DNA from: Minisyncoccota bacterium
GTDB taxonomy: Bacteria; Patescibacteriota; Minisyncoccia; Phycocordibacterales; Phycocordibacteraceae
NCBI GenBank assembly: GCA_035547315.1
Contig: DASZVH010000004.1
Location: 12,107 to 76,106, forward strand
Reading direction: 5' to 3'
Length of the DNA stretch: 64,000 nt
Both the position numbers and the translations under genes were made by a program. Of the stretch, positions 24,392-34,025 are shown one piece after another. Position 1 is the stretch's first letter, and each line of letters begins with the position of its first letter. Below the pieces are notes generated by a model. That model did no database searches. It was not told the DNA's origin and saw only the letters and a program-made list of their open reading frames with translations.

Positions 24392-25813
24392 ATGAAACTC
24401 AACGAACTCACGATCGCGGAAGCGGGGCGCAAATTGCGCACGAAGGAGATTGGCGTCCGCGAGCTCTGGGACGCCTGCGCAGCGGCGGCAAAGGAGAAGA
24501 ACGGGGAGCTGAACGCTTACCTCGAGATTTTCCCGCGCGATGATGCGGCGATCGAGGCGGCGCAAAAGCGCATCGATGCGGGCGACGCGCCGCCCTTGTG
24601 CGGCATCCCGCTCGCGATCAAGGACAACATCTTGATAGAGGGCAAGATCGCGAGCGCGGCCTCGAAGATGCTCGAGAATTATCGCGCGAGCTACGACGCG
24701 ACGATCATCAGGAAGCTTAAAGAGGCCGGCGCGCTCTTCCTCGGCCGCACCAACATGGACGAGTTCGCGATGGGCTCCTCAACCGAGCACTCGGCCTACG
24801 GTGCGGTCAAGAATCCGCTCGACCCGGCGCGCACCCCGGGCGGCTCCTCGGGCGGTTCCGCAGCAGCGGTTGCGGCCCACATGGCGCTCGGTGCGCTCGG
24901 CTCCGACACAGGCGGCTCCATCCGCCAGCCCGCCGCGCACACTGGCCTCGCGGGCCTCAAGCCCACCTATGGCGCGGTCTCGCGCGCGGGGCTCATCGCG
25001 CTCGGCTCCTCACTCGACCAGATCGGCCCCCTCGCCAAGAGCGTCGAAGACGCGCGGCTCATCCACGAGGCAATCGCGGGGCATGATCCGATGGATTCGA
25101 CGACGCTCCCCGAGGGTTTATATAAGAATGAGAAAGTCAGCGGGAAGTTCCGCGTCGGCGTCCCCCGGCATCTCCTCAAAGAGGGTATCGAGCCGGACGT
25201 GCTCGCCGCCTTCGATGCGACCATGGAGAAGTTGAGGGCGGCGGGACACGAAGTCGTCGAGGTGGAGCTCCCGACCTCGCCGTACGCGCTCGCGGCGTAT
25301 TACGTCGTCATGCCCGCCGAGGCCTCGACCAACCTCGCGCGTCTCGACGGCATCCGCTATGGCCGCGCCGCGCGCGGAGCGACGCTCCTCGAGGACTATG
25401 TAAAAAGCCGCACCGAGGGCTTCGGCGCAGAGACTATCCGGCGCATATTGCTCGGCACCTTCGTGCTCTCGGCTGGCTACATAGACGCCTACTACCGCAA
25501 AGCGCAGGGCGCGCGCGAGCTCTTGCGGAGGGAATACGACGCGGCGTTCGCCGCATGCGACGTGGTCGCCTTCCCGACTACGCCCGCGCCCGCCTTCAAG
25601 GCGGGGGAGAAGAGCGGAGACCCGGTCGTGATGTATCTCGAAGATATCTTCACGGTCACGGCCGATCTTACCGGCATGCCGGCAATCTCCGTGCCGATGG
25701 GGCAAGTCGAGCGTGAAGGGAAGGCGCTTCCGGTCGGCATCCACTTCACCGCGCCCATGCAGGCGGAGGAGCGCTTGTTCACAATCGGGCAGGCGGTAGA
25801 GAAAGCGCGCTAA
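24392..25813 (+). CDS. gatA: Asp/Glu-tRNA amidotransferase subunit A (amidase signature)
   Basis: GGSSGGSAAAVAA amidase-signature motif. 473 aa. No gatB follows. Confidence 0.9.
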   Translation: MKLNELTIAEAGRKLRTKEIGVRELWDACAAAAKEKNGELNAYLEIFPRDDAAIEAAQKRIDAGDAPPLCGIPLAIKDNILIEGKIASAASKMLENYRASYDATIIRKLKEAGALFLGRTNMDEFAMGSSTEHSAYGAVKNPLDPARTPGGSSGGSAAAVAAHMALGALGSDTGGSIRQPAAHTGLAGLKPTYGAVSRAGLIALGSSLDQIGPLAKSVEDARLIHEAIAGHDPMDSTTLPEGLYKNEKVSGKFRVGVPRHLLKEGIEPDVLAAFDATMEKLRAAGHEVVEVELPTSPYALAAYYVVMPAEASTNLARLDGIRYGRAARGATLLEDYVKSRTEGFGAETIRRILLGTFVLSAGYIDAYYRKAQGARELLRREYDAAFAACDVVAFPTTPAPAFKAGEKSGDPVVMYLEDIFTVTADLTGMPAISVPMGQVEREGKALPVGIHFTAPMQAEERLFTIGQAVEKAR

Positions 25814-25822
25814 GATACGCGC

Positions 25823-26401
25823 ATGGGGACGTCGCCTAACCAGGTCAACGTCGAGTATTTCTTCCGCCTCGTCTACGAGTGCTTTACCGGCGCGTGCACC
25901 GTCGGCGGTACCGCGGGGCTCTTGGCCTTTTTCGCGCACCTCTGGCTCTGGATCACGATCCTCGGCTACTTGGCCGCGTTCGTCGGCCTCGGCTTCGTGA
26001 TCTATTGCAGCATGCGGATCTTCCAGCTCCGGCGCGCCGAGGAGGAGAAGTACGCCCCCTTCAACCTCGCGCCCGAGGACGAGCTCGCCAACCCGCGCTT
26101 CGCGCGCATCCAGGAGCTCCTTGCCGGCCCGAGCCAGAGCCAGTGGCGCGAGGCGATCCTCGAGGCGGACATCATGCTCTCCGATGCGCTCTCGCGCAAG
26201 GGCTTCGGCGGCGCCTCGATCGCCGACCAGCTGCAGCAGCTCGACGGGCGCGACTTCGCCTCGTTGAATGACGCCTGGGAGGCGCACCGGGTCCGCAACG
26301 CCATCGCGCACCAGGGCTCCGCCTTCGACCTCTCGCACACGCTCGCCAAGCGCACGCTCGACCGCTACGAACGCGCCCTCGAAGAGTTCGGCGCGCTCTA
26401 A
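25823..26401 (+). CDS. membrane-anchored protein with a C-terminal HEPN-like RNxxAH motif
   Basis: Two N-terminal TM helices. The C-terminus ...WEAHRVRNAIAHQG fits the HEPN Rx4-6H signature (DUF4145-like). A TAAGAT hexamer lies 6 nt upstream. Confidence 0.4.
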   Translation: MGTSPNQVNVEYFFRLVYECFTGACTVGGTAGLLAFFAHLWLWITILGYLAAFVGLGFVIYCSMRIFQLRRAEEEKYAPFNLAPEDELANPRFARIQELLAGPSQSQWREAILEADIMLSDALSRKGFGGASIADQLQQLDGRDFASLNDAWEAHRVRNAIAHQGSAFDLSHTLAKRTLDRYERALEEFGAL

Positions 26402-26476
26402 GCTTCCTTTCCGGGCAGACCGCGCGCGAGAAGCCGATGACTTTGCGCGCTTTTGCGGAAAGGTATATGCTCGGAG

Positions 26477-26547
26477 AGCGGGGTAGAGTAATGGTAATTC
26501 GCGAGGCTCATAACCTCGAGATGCGGGTTCAAGTCCCGCCCCCGCAA
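26477..26547 (+). tRNA. tRNA-Met (CAT), initiator-like
   Basis: Anticodon loop CTCATAA. The 3' end ...CCCCGCAA and acceptor GCGGGG resemble bacterial tRNA-fMet, with an unpaired 1:72 position. Short D-arm. Boundaries are +/-1 nt. Confidence 0.55.
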
Positions 26548-26700
26548 CACGAGTGGACACCTTGAAAGTGTCCGGCCCCCTCAAAACTGGATGCGCCGCG
26601 CCGCTCTCCCTTTTCCCTACCTTGCTTTGCCCATCTACGCGATAGCATTGACGCACGTCATCTAGCGGTTGAATCCCTAGGCGGTGCTATACTTGCGGCT

Positions 26701-27120
26701 ATGTACGATGAGAACGGCCCAGGCACGCCGCCTCTTGGCCACCTCCCGCACTACTACGGTGACCGGGTCCGCGAACTCTTTGTCGCGGGCGCCCTCATCT
26801 CGTTTATCGCCATACCCATCTGGGGCAATATCCTGCCCTTTGGCGTAGGCACCCAGATCGGGGCGGGGCTCCTCCTCGTCATCCTTGCTGGTCTCACCGA
26901 CCCAAAGAACAAAGGCGTCATGCTCCTCAATGCGCTCTACGCCGGCATAAGCGTGCTCCTCCTTGAGTCGGCCGCTATCGGGATGCAGGCTGCCGAGTCT
27001 TGGCAGCTTTTTCTCGTGCGCGAGGTCTCCGCGCTTGTGCTCCTTATCGCGCTCTACTTTGCGATCAAGACCGCGCGAGCGATGTCCTTGGGCGAGATCC
27101 CTCCCGAGTCGAAGTCTTGA
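26701..27120 (+). CDS. polytopic membrane protein, function unknown
   Basis: 139 aa with 3-4 TM helices. A TATACT hexamer lies 13 nt upstream. The overlapping 313 aa minus-strand ORF is judged antisense. Confidence 0.4.
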   Translation: MYDENGPGTPPLGHLPHYYGDRVRELFVAGALISFIAIPIWGNILPFGVGTQIGAGLLLVILAGLTDPKNKGVMLLNALYAGISVLLLESAAIGMQAAESWQLFLVREVSALVLLIALYFAIKTARAMSLGEIPPESKS

Positions 27121-27168
27121 CACACCGCTGAGCTTGCACCCTGATTTGTGCGTCTGTATGATGGATGC

Positions 27169-27753
27169 ATGAAGAGTCGCTCTCTCCCCATCATGCTTCC
27201 TGAGATCGCGGCCGAAGCGGCCGCGCATCTGCTGCCGCCTCCGGCGCGCACGCTCCGCTATGTGGGCTCGGTTACTCGGCAGGCGAGCGAGCGAGCCCTC
27301 AAAGAGATAGAAAAACTTATAGCCAAGGATCCGCTCGCGGAGGTCGGCCTCTTTATTTCTTCGCCCGGCGGTACCACGGGCGCGGCGATGAGCTTCTTCG
27401 ACACGGTGCGGCAGGTGCTCAAGCCTGCGCTCGTGACGATCGGCTCGGGCGACGTCGACTCCTCGGGCGTGATCATCCTCCTCGCGGGCGATCGGCGCTA
27501 TCTTACCAAGAACACGACCATGCTCTTGCATTCGGCTGGCCGCTATTTCAGCAACCAGCGCTACACCGTCAAAGAGATGGAGGCGATGCTCGCCGAGGAC
27601 CGCCTGAAGGACGCCCAATACGCGGCGCTCCTCGCGGAACGCTCGCGCGGGGGGCTCTCTACAGAGAAAGCGCTCGCGCTTATGGAGGCGCAGACAGTAC
27701 TCTCTCCTGCGCGTGCGGTCGAACTCGGGCTCGCCGACGCCGTCTTGCGTTGA
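27169..27753 (+). CDS. ClpP/S14-family serine peptidase-like protein
   Basis: ISSPGG and TIGSGDVDSSGVIILLAGD resemble the ClpP/TepA core. No ATPase partner is adjacent. Confidence 0.45.
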   Translation: MKSRSLPIMLPEIAAEAAAHLLPPPARTLRYVGSVTRQASERALKEIEKLIAKDPLAEVGLFISSPGGTTGAAMSFFDTVRQVLKPALVTIGSGDVDSSGVIILLAGDRRYLTKNTTMLLHSAGRYFSNQRYTVKEMEAMLAEDRLKDAQYAALLAERSRGGLSTEKALALMEAQTVLSPARAVELGLADAVLR

Positions 27754-27830
27754 CGCGCTTAACTAGGCCTTAACGGGCGCGCGCCTATACTCGGCTTCGG
27801 TCGAGATTACGAGCAGCGTAACGCAATCGT

Positions 27831-28064
27831 ATGGCGAGCAACAGCAACGACGGGCGCGGATTCGCCGGCATGGATCCGGATCGGCAGCGGCAGATCGCCT
27901 CCAAGGGCGGCAAGGCCGCGCACGAGAAGGGCACCGCGCACGAGTTCGACTCGCGCGAGGCCGCGGAAGCCGGCCGCAGGGGCGGCAAAGCATCGCACAG
28001 CTCGGATGGCCGGAACAACCGCGCCTCGGGTCGCGAGCGCGACAATCAAGGCCGCTTCGAGTAG
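27831..28064 (+). CDS. KGG-repeat stress-induced protein (YciG-like)
   Basis: Repeated GGKAxHxxG/KGG motifs (QRQIASKGGKAAHEKG, EAGRRGGKASH). A TATACT hexamer lies 41 nt upstream. Confidence 0.55.
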   Translation: MASNSNDGRGFAGMDPDRQRQIASKGGKAAHEKGTAHEFDSREAAEAGRRGGKASHSSDGRNNRASGRERDNQGRFE

Positions 28065-28271
28065 CGGAGGCGGGAGGGGGAGTCGCCGGGCCGCGCGCCC
28101 GGGGCTCCCTTCCCCTGTTCTCCAGAGGGGCGAGAATGGCCGTTTTTCTTGCTGCCGCGCTTGAAAATCTCCGCGCGCGGGTCATAAAGTCGCTATCCAC
28201 TTCCCCCGCATGGACGGAGGAGTAGAATGGGGAGACCCCTTTACCAACCCGCTCGCTAAGCCGCCTCCGCC

Positions 28272-31136
28272 ATGCTCGAAATCAAGAAAAGAAACGGTAC
28301 GATCGTCTCCTTCGACCCCGCGAAGATACCGGCGGCGATGGAGAAAGCGTTTATCGCCTCTTCTTGGCCGTATTCCCCTGAGCTCCTCGAGCGAATGACC
28401 AAGGAGATCGTGCGGCGGCTCGACGAGCGCTTCACGGAGCAGATACCGACGGTGGAGAACGTCCAGGATTTCGTCGAGCTCGAGCTCATGGGCAACGGCT
28501 TCCTCGAGGTCGCGAAACACTATATCGTCTACCGCTACGAGCACGCCAAGATCCGCCAGGAGGAGAAGCAGGAATTCCTCGAGAAGGCGCAGATCGAGGG
28601 CTTCTCCATCACCACCAAGAGCGGCAAGAAGGAGCGCTTCGACGAGGCGAAGGTTCGCGAGACGCTGGCGCACCACGCGCGCGGGTTCGAGAGCGTCATC
28701 GACCTCAACGCCGCTCTGGAGGAGCTCAAGTTCAATCTCTATGAGGGCATCACTACCGAAGAAGTCGCGCGCGCGATGATTCTCGTCGTGCGTGCGGGCA
28801 TCGAGCGCGATCCGGCCTACTCCAAAGTCGCCGCGCGTATGCTGCGCGCCAAGCTCTATCGCGACGTCTTCGGCGAGAACTACGACCCGAAGAAGCTCAA
28901 AGAGGAGCATGCGCGCGTCTTCGCGCGCAACATCAAGGACGCGGTCGAGCGCGAGCTCCTCGATGCGCGGATGCTCGACTTCGATCTCCCCGCGCTCGCC
29001 GCCGCCTTCGCCCTCGAGAACGACGACCTCTTTGAGTACATGGGCCTCGAGATCCTCATCTCGCGCTACATGCTGGAGGATCCGGCGACCCACAAGCCGC
29101 TCGAGACTCCGCAGATGTTCTGGATGCGCATCGCGATGGGCCTCTCGCTCAACGAGCCGGCGGCCACGCGCGATCGGGTCGCGCGCGAATTCTACGACGT
29201 GCTCTCCAATTTCTATTACACGCCCGGCGGCCGCACGCTCTTCCAGGCCGGAGCCAAGAAGGCGCAGCTCTCCAACTGCTTCCTCAACACCGTCCCCGAC
29301 TCCCTCGACGGCATCTTCAAGGCCATCTCAGACAACGCGCAATACCTCAAGTGGTCGGGCGGCACGGGGACCGACTGGACCCCGCTTAGGGCCACGGGCG
29401 CGATGATCAAGGGCACCGGCGTCCCCAGCCAGGGCATCGTCCCCTTCCTCAAGATCGCCAACGACGTGAACCTCGCGATCAACCGCTCGGGGAAGCGCCG
29501 CGGCGCCGGCTGCGTCTACCTCGAGACCTGGCACATGGATATCGAGGATTTCCTCGAGCTCCGGAAGAACACGGGCGACGAGCGACGCCGCACCCACGAC
29601 ATCAACACCGCCAACTGGATCCCGGACCTCTTCATGAAGCGGGTGCGCGAGGGCGGGGCATGGACGCTCTTCTCTCCGGACGAGGTGCCCGATCTCCACG
29701 AGATCTACGGCGCGGCCTTCGAGAAGAAGTATCTCGAGTACGAGAAGATGGCGGACGAGGGGAAGATCTCGCTCTATAAGCGCGTCAGCGCCGCCGACCT
29801 CTGGAAGAAGATGCTCGCGATGCTCTTTGAGACGGGGCATCCGTGGATCACCTGGAAGGATCCGAGCAACGTCCGCAGCCCGCAGGATCATGCCGGCGTC
29901 ATCCACAACAGCAATCTCTGCACCGAGATCACCCTCAACACCGGCCCGGGCGAGACCGCCGTGTGCACGATCGGCTCCTTGAACTTCGCCAAGTTCGTCG
30001 TCGAGGAGGGCGGCGGCGTCCGGTTCGACGCGGAGCTCGTGGGGCGGGTGACCAAGGTTGCGATGCGCATGCTCGACAACGTCATCGACCTCAACTACTA
30101 TCCGACCGAAGACGCCAAGCGCGGCAACCTGCGCCACCGCCCCGTGGGGCTCGGCATCCGCGGCTACCACGACGCGCTCTACCGCCTCGGCATCCACTTC
30201 GACTCCAAAGAGGCGCTCGACTTCGCCGACGAGTCCATGGAGATCGTCGCGTACAACGCCATCCTCGCCTCAAGCGAGCTCGCCAAGGAGAAGGGCACCT
30301 ACGAGACCTACAAAGGCAGCAAGTGGGAGCGCGGCATCTTCCCGCAAGACACGATCAAGCTCCTCGAGGCCGAGCGCGGCGAGGAGGTCGCCGTGCCCGC
30401 GGAGGGCAAGCTCGACTGGGCGCCGGTCCGCGCGCACGTGAAGCAGTACGGCATGAGGAACAGCAACACCATGGCGATCGCGCCCACCGCCTCGACCGCC
30501 AATCTGGTCGGCTGCATCCCCTGCGTCGAGCCCATCTATAAGAACATCTACGTGAAGAGCAACAAGGAAGGCGAATACGTCGTCCTCAATAAGTATTTGG
30601 TCGAGGATCTGAAAAAGCTCGGCCTCTGGGACGCCGGCATGCTCAACAAGCTCAAGTATTATGACGGGAGCGTCCAAGAAATCGGCAATATCCCGCAGGA
30701 GCTGAAACGCAAATACAAGGAGGTGTTCGAAATCGACGGCCGCTGGCTCATCGAGGCCGCCGCGCGCCGCGGCCGCTGGATGGACCAGTCGCAGTCCCTC
30801 AATATCTTCTATTCCGGCACCTCCGGCCGCGAGCTCTCGGAGCTCTACTTTCTCGCCTGGGAGCGCGGCCTCAAGACCACCTACTACCTGCGCACCCTGG
30901 GCGCCTCCCAGGTAGAGAAGGCCTCGGTTTCGACCAGCGAGTTCGGCGCCACCCACCAGCGCGAGAGAGGCGGCGTGATCGAGGAGGCCGTTACCGTGAG
31001 CGAGGTCGTGGCCGAGGCGGTACCGGCCATGGCCGCCGCGCCGGCCGCCGCCGCCGCGGGCAAGTTCGACGACGCCTACCTCGCCCGGGTCGCCGCCGGC
31101 GAGGAGGTCGGCATTTGCGAGAGCTGCGAGGCGTAA
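28272..31136 (+). CDS. nrdA: ribonucleotide reductase class I alpha subunit with N-terminal ATP-cone
   Basis: ATP-cone (MLEIKKRNGTIVSFD), active-site SNLCTEI and a C-terminal CESCEA tail. Confidence 0.9.
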   Translation: MLEIKKRNGTIVSFDPAKIPAAMEKAFIASSWPYSPELLERMTKEIVRRLDERFTEQIPTVENVQDFVELELMGNGFLEVAKHYIVYRYEHAKIRQEEKQEFLEKAQIEGFSITTKSGKKERFDEAKVRETLAHHARGFESVIDLNAALEELKFNLYEGITTEEVARAMILVVRAGIERDPAYSKVAARMLRAKLYRDVFGENYDPKKLKEEHARVFARNIKDAVERELLDARMLDFDLPALAAAFALENDDLFEYMGLEILISRYMLEDPATHKPLETPQMFWMRIAMGLSLNEPAATRDRVAREFYDVLSNFYYTPGGRTLFQAGAKKAQLSNCFLNTVPDSLDGIFKAISDNAQYLKWSGGTGTDWTPLRATGAMIKGTGVPSQGIVPFLKIANDVNLAINRSGKRRGAGCVYLETWHMDIEDFLELRKNTGDERRRTHDINTANWIPDLFMKRVREGGAWTLFSPDEVPDLHEIYGAAFEKKYLEYEKMADEGKISLYKRVSAADLWKKMLAMLFETGHPWITWKDPSNVRSPQDHAGVIHNSNLCTEITLNTGPGETAVCTIGSLNFAKFVVEEGGGVRFDAELVGRVTKVAMRMLDNVIDLNYYPTEDAKRGNLRHRPVGLGIRGYHDALYRLGIHFDSKEALDFADESMEIVAYNAILASSELAKEKGTYETYKGSKWERGIFPQDTIKLLEAERGEEVAVPAEGKLDWAPVRAHVKQYGMRNSNTMAIAPTASTANLVGCIPCVEPIYKNIYVKSNKEGEYVVLNKYLVEDLKKLGLWDAGMLNKLKYYDGSVQEIGNIPQELKRKYKEVFEIDGRWLIEAAARRGRWMDQSQSLNIFYSGTSGRELSELYFLAWERGLKTTYYLRTLGASQVEKASVSTSEFGATHQRERGGVIEEAVTVSEVVAEAVPAMAAAPAAAAAGKFDDAYLARVAAGEEVGICESCEA

Positions 31137-31147
31137 TCCAAGCGCGT

Positions 31148-32182
31148 ATGCCCATCAATAAAGGAGCCTCGTTCGTAGACATCAACAAGCGCCGCATCAT
31201 CAACGGCGGCGACGCCGACGTGATGCAGCTCTACCCGATGCGGCACACCTTCGCCTGGGAGGCCTATAACGTCGGCAACGCCAATCACTGGCTCCCGACC
31301 GAGATCTCGATGCAGCGCGACATCGAGCAGTGGAAGAGCTCCTCCGTGCTCTCCGCCGACGAGCGCAAAGCCTTCGAGACGGTGCTCGGCTTCTTCACCA
31401 CCGCGGACTCCATCGCGGCTAATAATGTGGTGCTCGCCCTCTACAAGCACATCACGAGCCCCGAGTGCCGCATGTATCTCCTGCGCCAGGGCTACGAGGA
31501 GGCCGTGCACACGCACGCCTATCAATACATCGTCGAGTCCTTGGGCATGGACGAGTCGCGCATCTTCAATATGTATCGCGAGGTGGACGCCATCTACCAG
31601 AAGGACAACCTCGTCCTCTCGCTTAACGAGGGCATCTTCGACCCCAATTTCAAGACTGGCACCCTGGAGAACGACCAGAAATTCCTCGAGAACCTCTGCG
31701 TCTTCTCGCTCATCATGGAGGGCATCTTCTTCTACTCCTCCTTCGCGGTCATGTTCGGCTTCCAAAGGCAGAATAAGCTCACCGGCAGCGCCGAGCAGAT
31801 CCAGTACATCATGCGCGACGAGTCGCAGCACCTCAACTTCGGCATCAATATGATCAACGCGATCAAGGAGGAGCAGCCGGAATTGTGGACCAAGGAGTTC
31901 CAAGAGCGGATCATCGGCCTCGTGAAGCGCGCGGTCAATCTCGAGTACACCTTCGCCACCACCGTCTTCCCGCGCGGCATCTTCGGCATGAACGCCGCGG
32001 GCTTCAGGCAGTATATCGAGCACATCGCGGATCGGCGCCTCGAGCGCGTCGGGCTTCCGCTCCAGTACAAGGTGGAGAATCCCTTCCCCTGGATGAGCGA
32101 GGCCGTAGACCTCAACAAGGAGAAGAATTTCTTCGAGACGCGGGTCACCGAGTATAAGACCGGCGGCACCCTCTCCTGGTAG
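31148..32182 (+). CDS. nrdB: ribonucleotide reductase class I beta subunit (R2)
   Basis: Di-iron ligands EEAVHTHAY and RDESQHLNF, plus a radical-site FYSSF. Confidence 0.9.
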   Translation: MPINKGASFVDINKRRIINGGDADVMQLYPMRHTFAWEAYNVGNANHWLPTEISMQRDIEQWKSSSVLSADERKAFETVLGFFTTADSIAANNVVLALYKHITSPECRMYLLRQGYEEAVHTHAYQYIVESLGMDESRIFNMYREVDAIYQKDNLVLSLNEGIFDPNFKTGTLENDQKFLENLCVFSLIMEGIFFYSSFAVMFGFQRQNKLTGSAEQIQYIMRDESQHLNFGINMINAIKEEQPELWTKEFQERIIGLVKRAVNLEYTFATTVFPRGIFGMNAAGFRQYIEHIADRRLERVGLPLQYKVENPFPWMSEAVDLNKEKNFFETRVTEYKTGGTLSW

Positions 32183-32236
32183 TGGTAGCGCTCGGGCTTA
32201 ACGCGGCGTTCATAGCGCGCGCGCTATCGTGCGCGC

Positions 32237-32422
32237 ATGGCACCTACCACACGCAGGAACAGGAAGAAAAGCGGCCGCGGCTTCGCCGCGATGGACCCGG
32301 AACGCCAGCGGCAGATCGCCTCGATGGGCGGCAAGAGTCAGGGACAGCGCAATAACCCGGGCAATTTCGCTAATAACCCTGAGCGCGCCGCGGCCGCCGG
32401 CCGCAAGGGCGGCCGCGCATAG
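32237..32422 (+). CDS. KGG-repeat stress protein, second paralogue
   Basis: GFAAMDPERQRQIASMGGKS ... AAGRKGGRA, homologous to the 27831 gene. Confidence 0.5.
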   Translation: MAPTTRRNRKKSGRGFAAMDPERQRQIASMGGKSQGQRNNPGNFANNPERAAAAGRKGGRA

Positions 32423-32456
32423 GCACCCCAGCCTTCATGTGGTATGATTACCCCAC

Positions 32457-34004
32457 ATGAGCGTTGCAGCGCCTCCCGCCAAGCGGAAGACGGTAGTTTC
32501 AAGTTCGCCCACATCGGTCGCACGCTTCTTTAGGCGCCTCTCCACTTATCGAAGCGAAGATTGGTCGCGCGTCGAGCGGGCGAGTCGCGTATCTCTTTTC
32601 AAGCGAATGGCCGAGGAGGTGCCCGCATATCGGGCATTTCTCCGTACTCATGCGGTGAAGCCTGATCACATCCATACGTCCGATGACCTCTCGCTCGTAC
32701 CGGCAGTCACGAAGACGAACTACCTGCGTATCAACGAGCTCAAGGACCTTTCCTGGAAAGGCTCGACCCGCGCACCTTCCGTGCTGACTTCTACTTCAGG
32801 GTCGACAGGCAAGCCGACCTATTTCGCGCGGTCGCATATGGTCGATGAGCATTCCTCATACATCCACGAGATGCTCTTCCGCGCCAGTTCCCTGAAGGCG
32901 ACCGAATCAACATTGGTCATCGTCTGCTTCGGCATGGGCGTTTGGATCGGCGGCCTCATCACCTATCAGGCCTTCGAGCTGATGGCGCGCCGCGGGTATC
33001 CCTTCTCTATTATTACGCCCGGCATCAATAAGGCGGAGATCATAAAGGCGCTTAAGGATCTCGCGCCGCAATACGAGCAGCTTATCCTCACTGGCTATCC
33101 GCCGTTCCTCAAAGACGTGATTGACGAGGCGGTCGCGCAGGGGATCTCCTTCGACCGGCATCGGGTGAAGCTTCTCTTCGCCGCGGAGGCGTTCACCGAG
33201 CATTTTCGCGAGCATGTGGGGAAGCGGGCCAATGTCGGCAATCTCCTCACCGACGCGATCAACATCTATGGCAGCGCCGACTTGGGCACCATGGCCTTCG
33301 AGACGCCGCTCTCGATACTCGCGCGCCGGCTGGCAACGAGGAATACGAAGCTCTTTGCAGATCTTTTCCGCGGCACGACCAAAACGCCGACTCTGGCGCA
33401 GTTTATCCCCGATTTCGTATCATTCGAGGCTCCTAACGGCGAGATCCTCGTTACGGGCGAGAGCTCGCTCCCCCTGATGCGCTACTCGATCGGCGATCAT
33501 GGCGGCGTTTATACCTTTACCGAACTCCTCGAGCGCTTCGCAGCGCACGGTATCGACCTCAAGAAAGAGGCAAAAGCGGCAGGCCTCGGCCCCTCTATCT
33601 ATGAGCTCCCCTTCGTCTATGTCTACGAGCGCATTGACCTCTCGACCACGCTCTACGGCCTCCAGATCTATCCGGAGACGGTTAAGGAGGTTTTATTCGA
33701 CAAGCGCTTCTCTCCTCACCTTACCGGTAAGCTCACGCTCATCACCAAGTTCGACGAGAACCACGACCAATACCTCGAGATCAATATCGAGAAAAAGCCC
33801 AAGGCTGAGGTCAACAAGGTTTTCACCGCAGAACTCACCGCCGAGATCGTGAAGAACTTGCGCGAGAAAAACTCCGAGTTCCACGAGCTCTCCGACTTCC
33901 TGGGGAAGCGTGCGGAGCCCCAGCTCGTCTTCTGGAACTACGAGGACCCGCTCTATTTCCGCCCCGGCATCAAGCAGCCCTGGGTCGTGCGCCCCGCCAC
34001 GTAA
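32457..34004 (+). CDS. PaaK-like adenylate-forming enzyme (phenylacetate-CoA ligase / F390-synthetase family)
   Basis: P-loop TSTSGSTGKPTYF (ANL superfamily, PaaK-type GKPT). 515 aa. GC is ~10 points below the surrounding sequence. Confidence 0.55.
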   Translation: MSVAAPPAKRKTVVSSSPTSVARFFRRLSTYRSEDWSRVERASRVSLFKRMAEEVPAYRAFLRTHAVKPDHIHTSDDLSLVPAVTKTNYLRINELKDLSWKGSTRAPSVLTSTSGSTGKPTYFARSHMVDEHSSYIHEMLFRASSLKATESTLVIVCFGMGVWIGGLITYQAFELMARRGYPFSIITPGINKAEIIKALKDLAPQYEQLILTGYPPFLKDVIDEAVAQGISFDRHRVKLLFAAEAFTEHFREHVGKRANVGNLLTDAINIYGSADLGTMAFETPLSILARRLATRNTKLFADLFRGTTKTPTLAQFIPDFVSFEAPNGEILVTGESSLPLMRYSIGDHGGVYTFTELLERFAAHGIDLKKEAKAAGLGPSIYELPFVYVYERIDLSTTLYGLQIYPETVKEVLFDKRFSPHLTGKLTLITKFDENHDQYLEINIEKKPKAEVNKVFTAELTAEIVKNLREKNSEFHELSDFLGKRAEPQLVFWNYEDPLYFRPGIKQPWVVRPAT

Positions 34005-34025
34005 GCGCGTGCTAAACTTTGCGTA

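Noticed and set aside
25118-26656. 512 aa minus-strand ORF
   Set aside because: Antisense to the gatA 3' half, the 25823 gene and the tRNA-Met. It is low-complexity.
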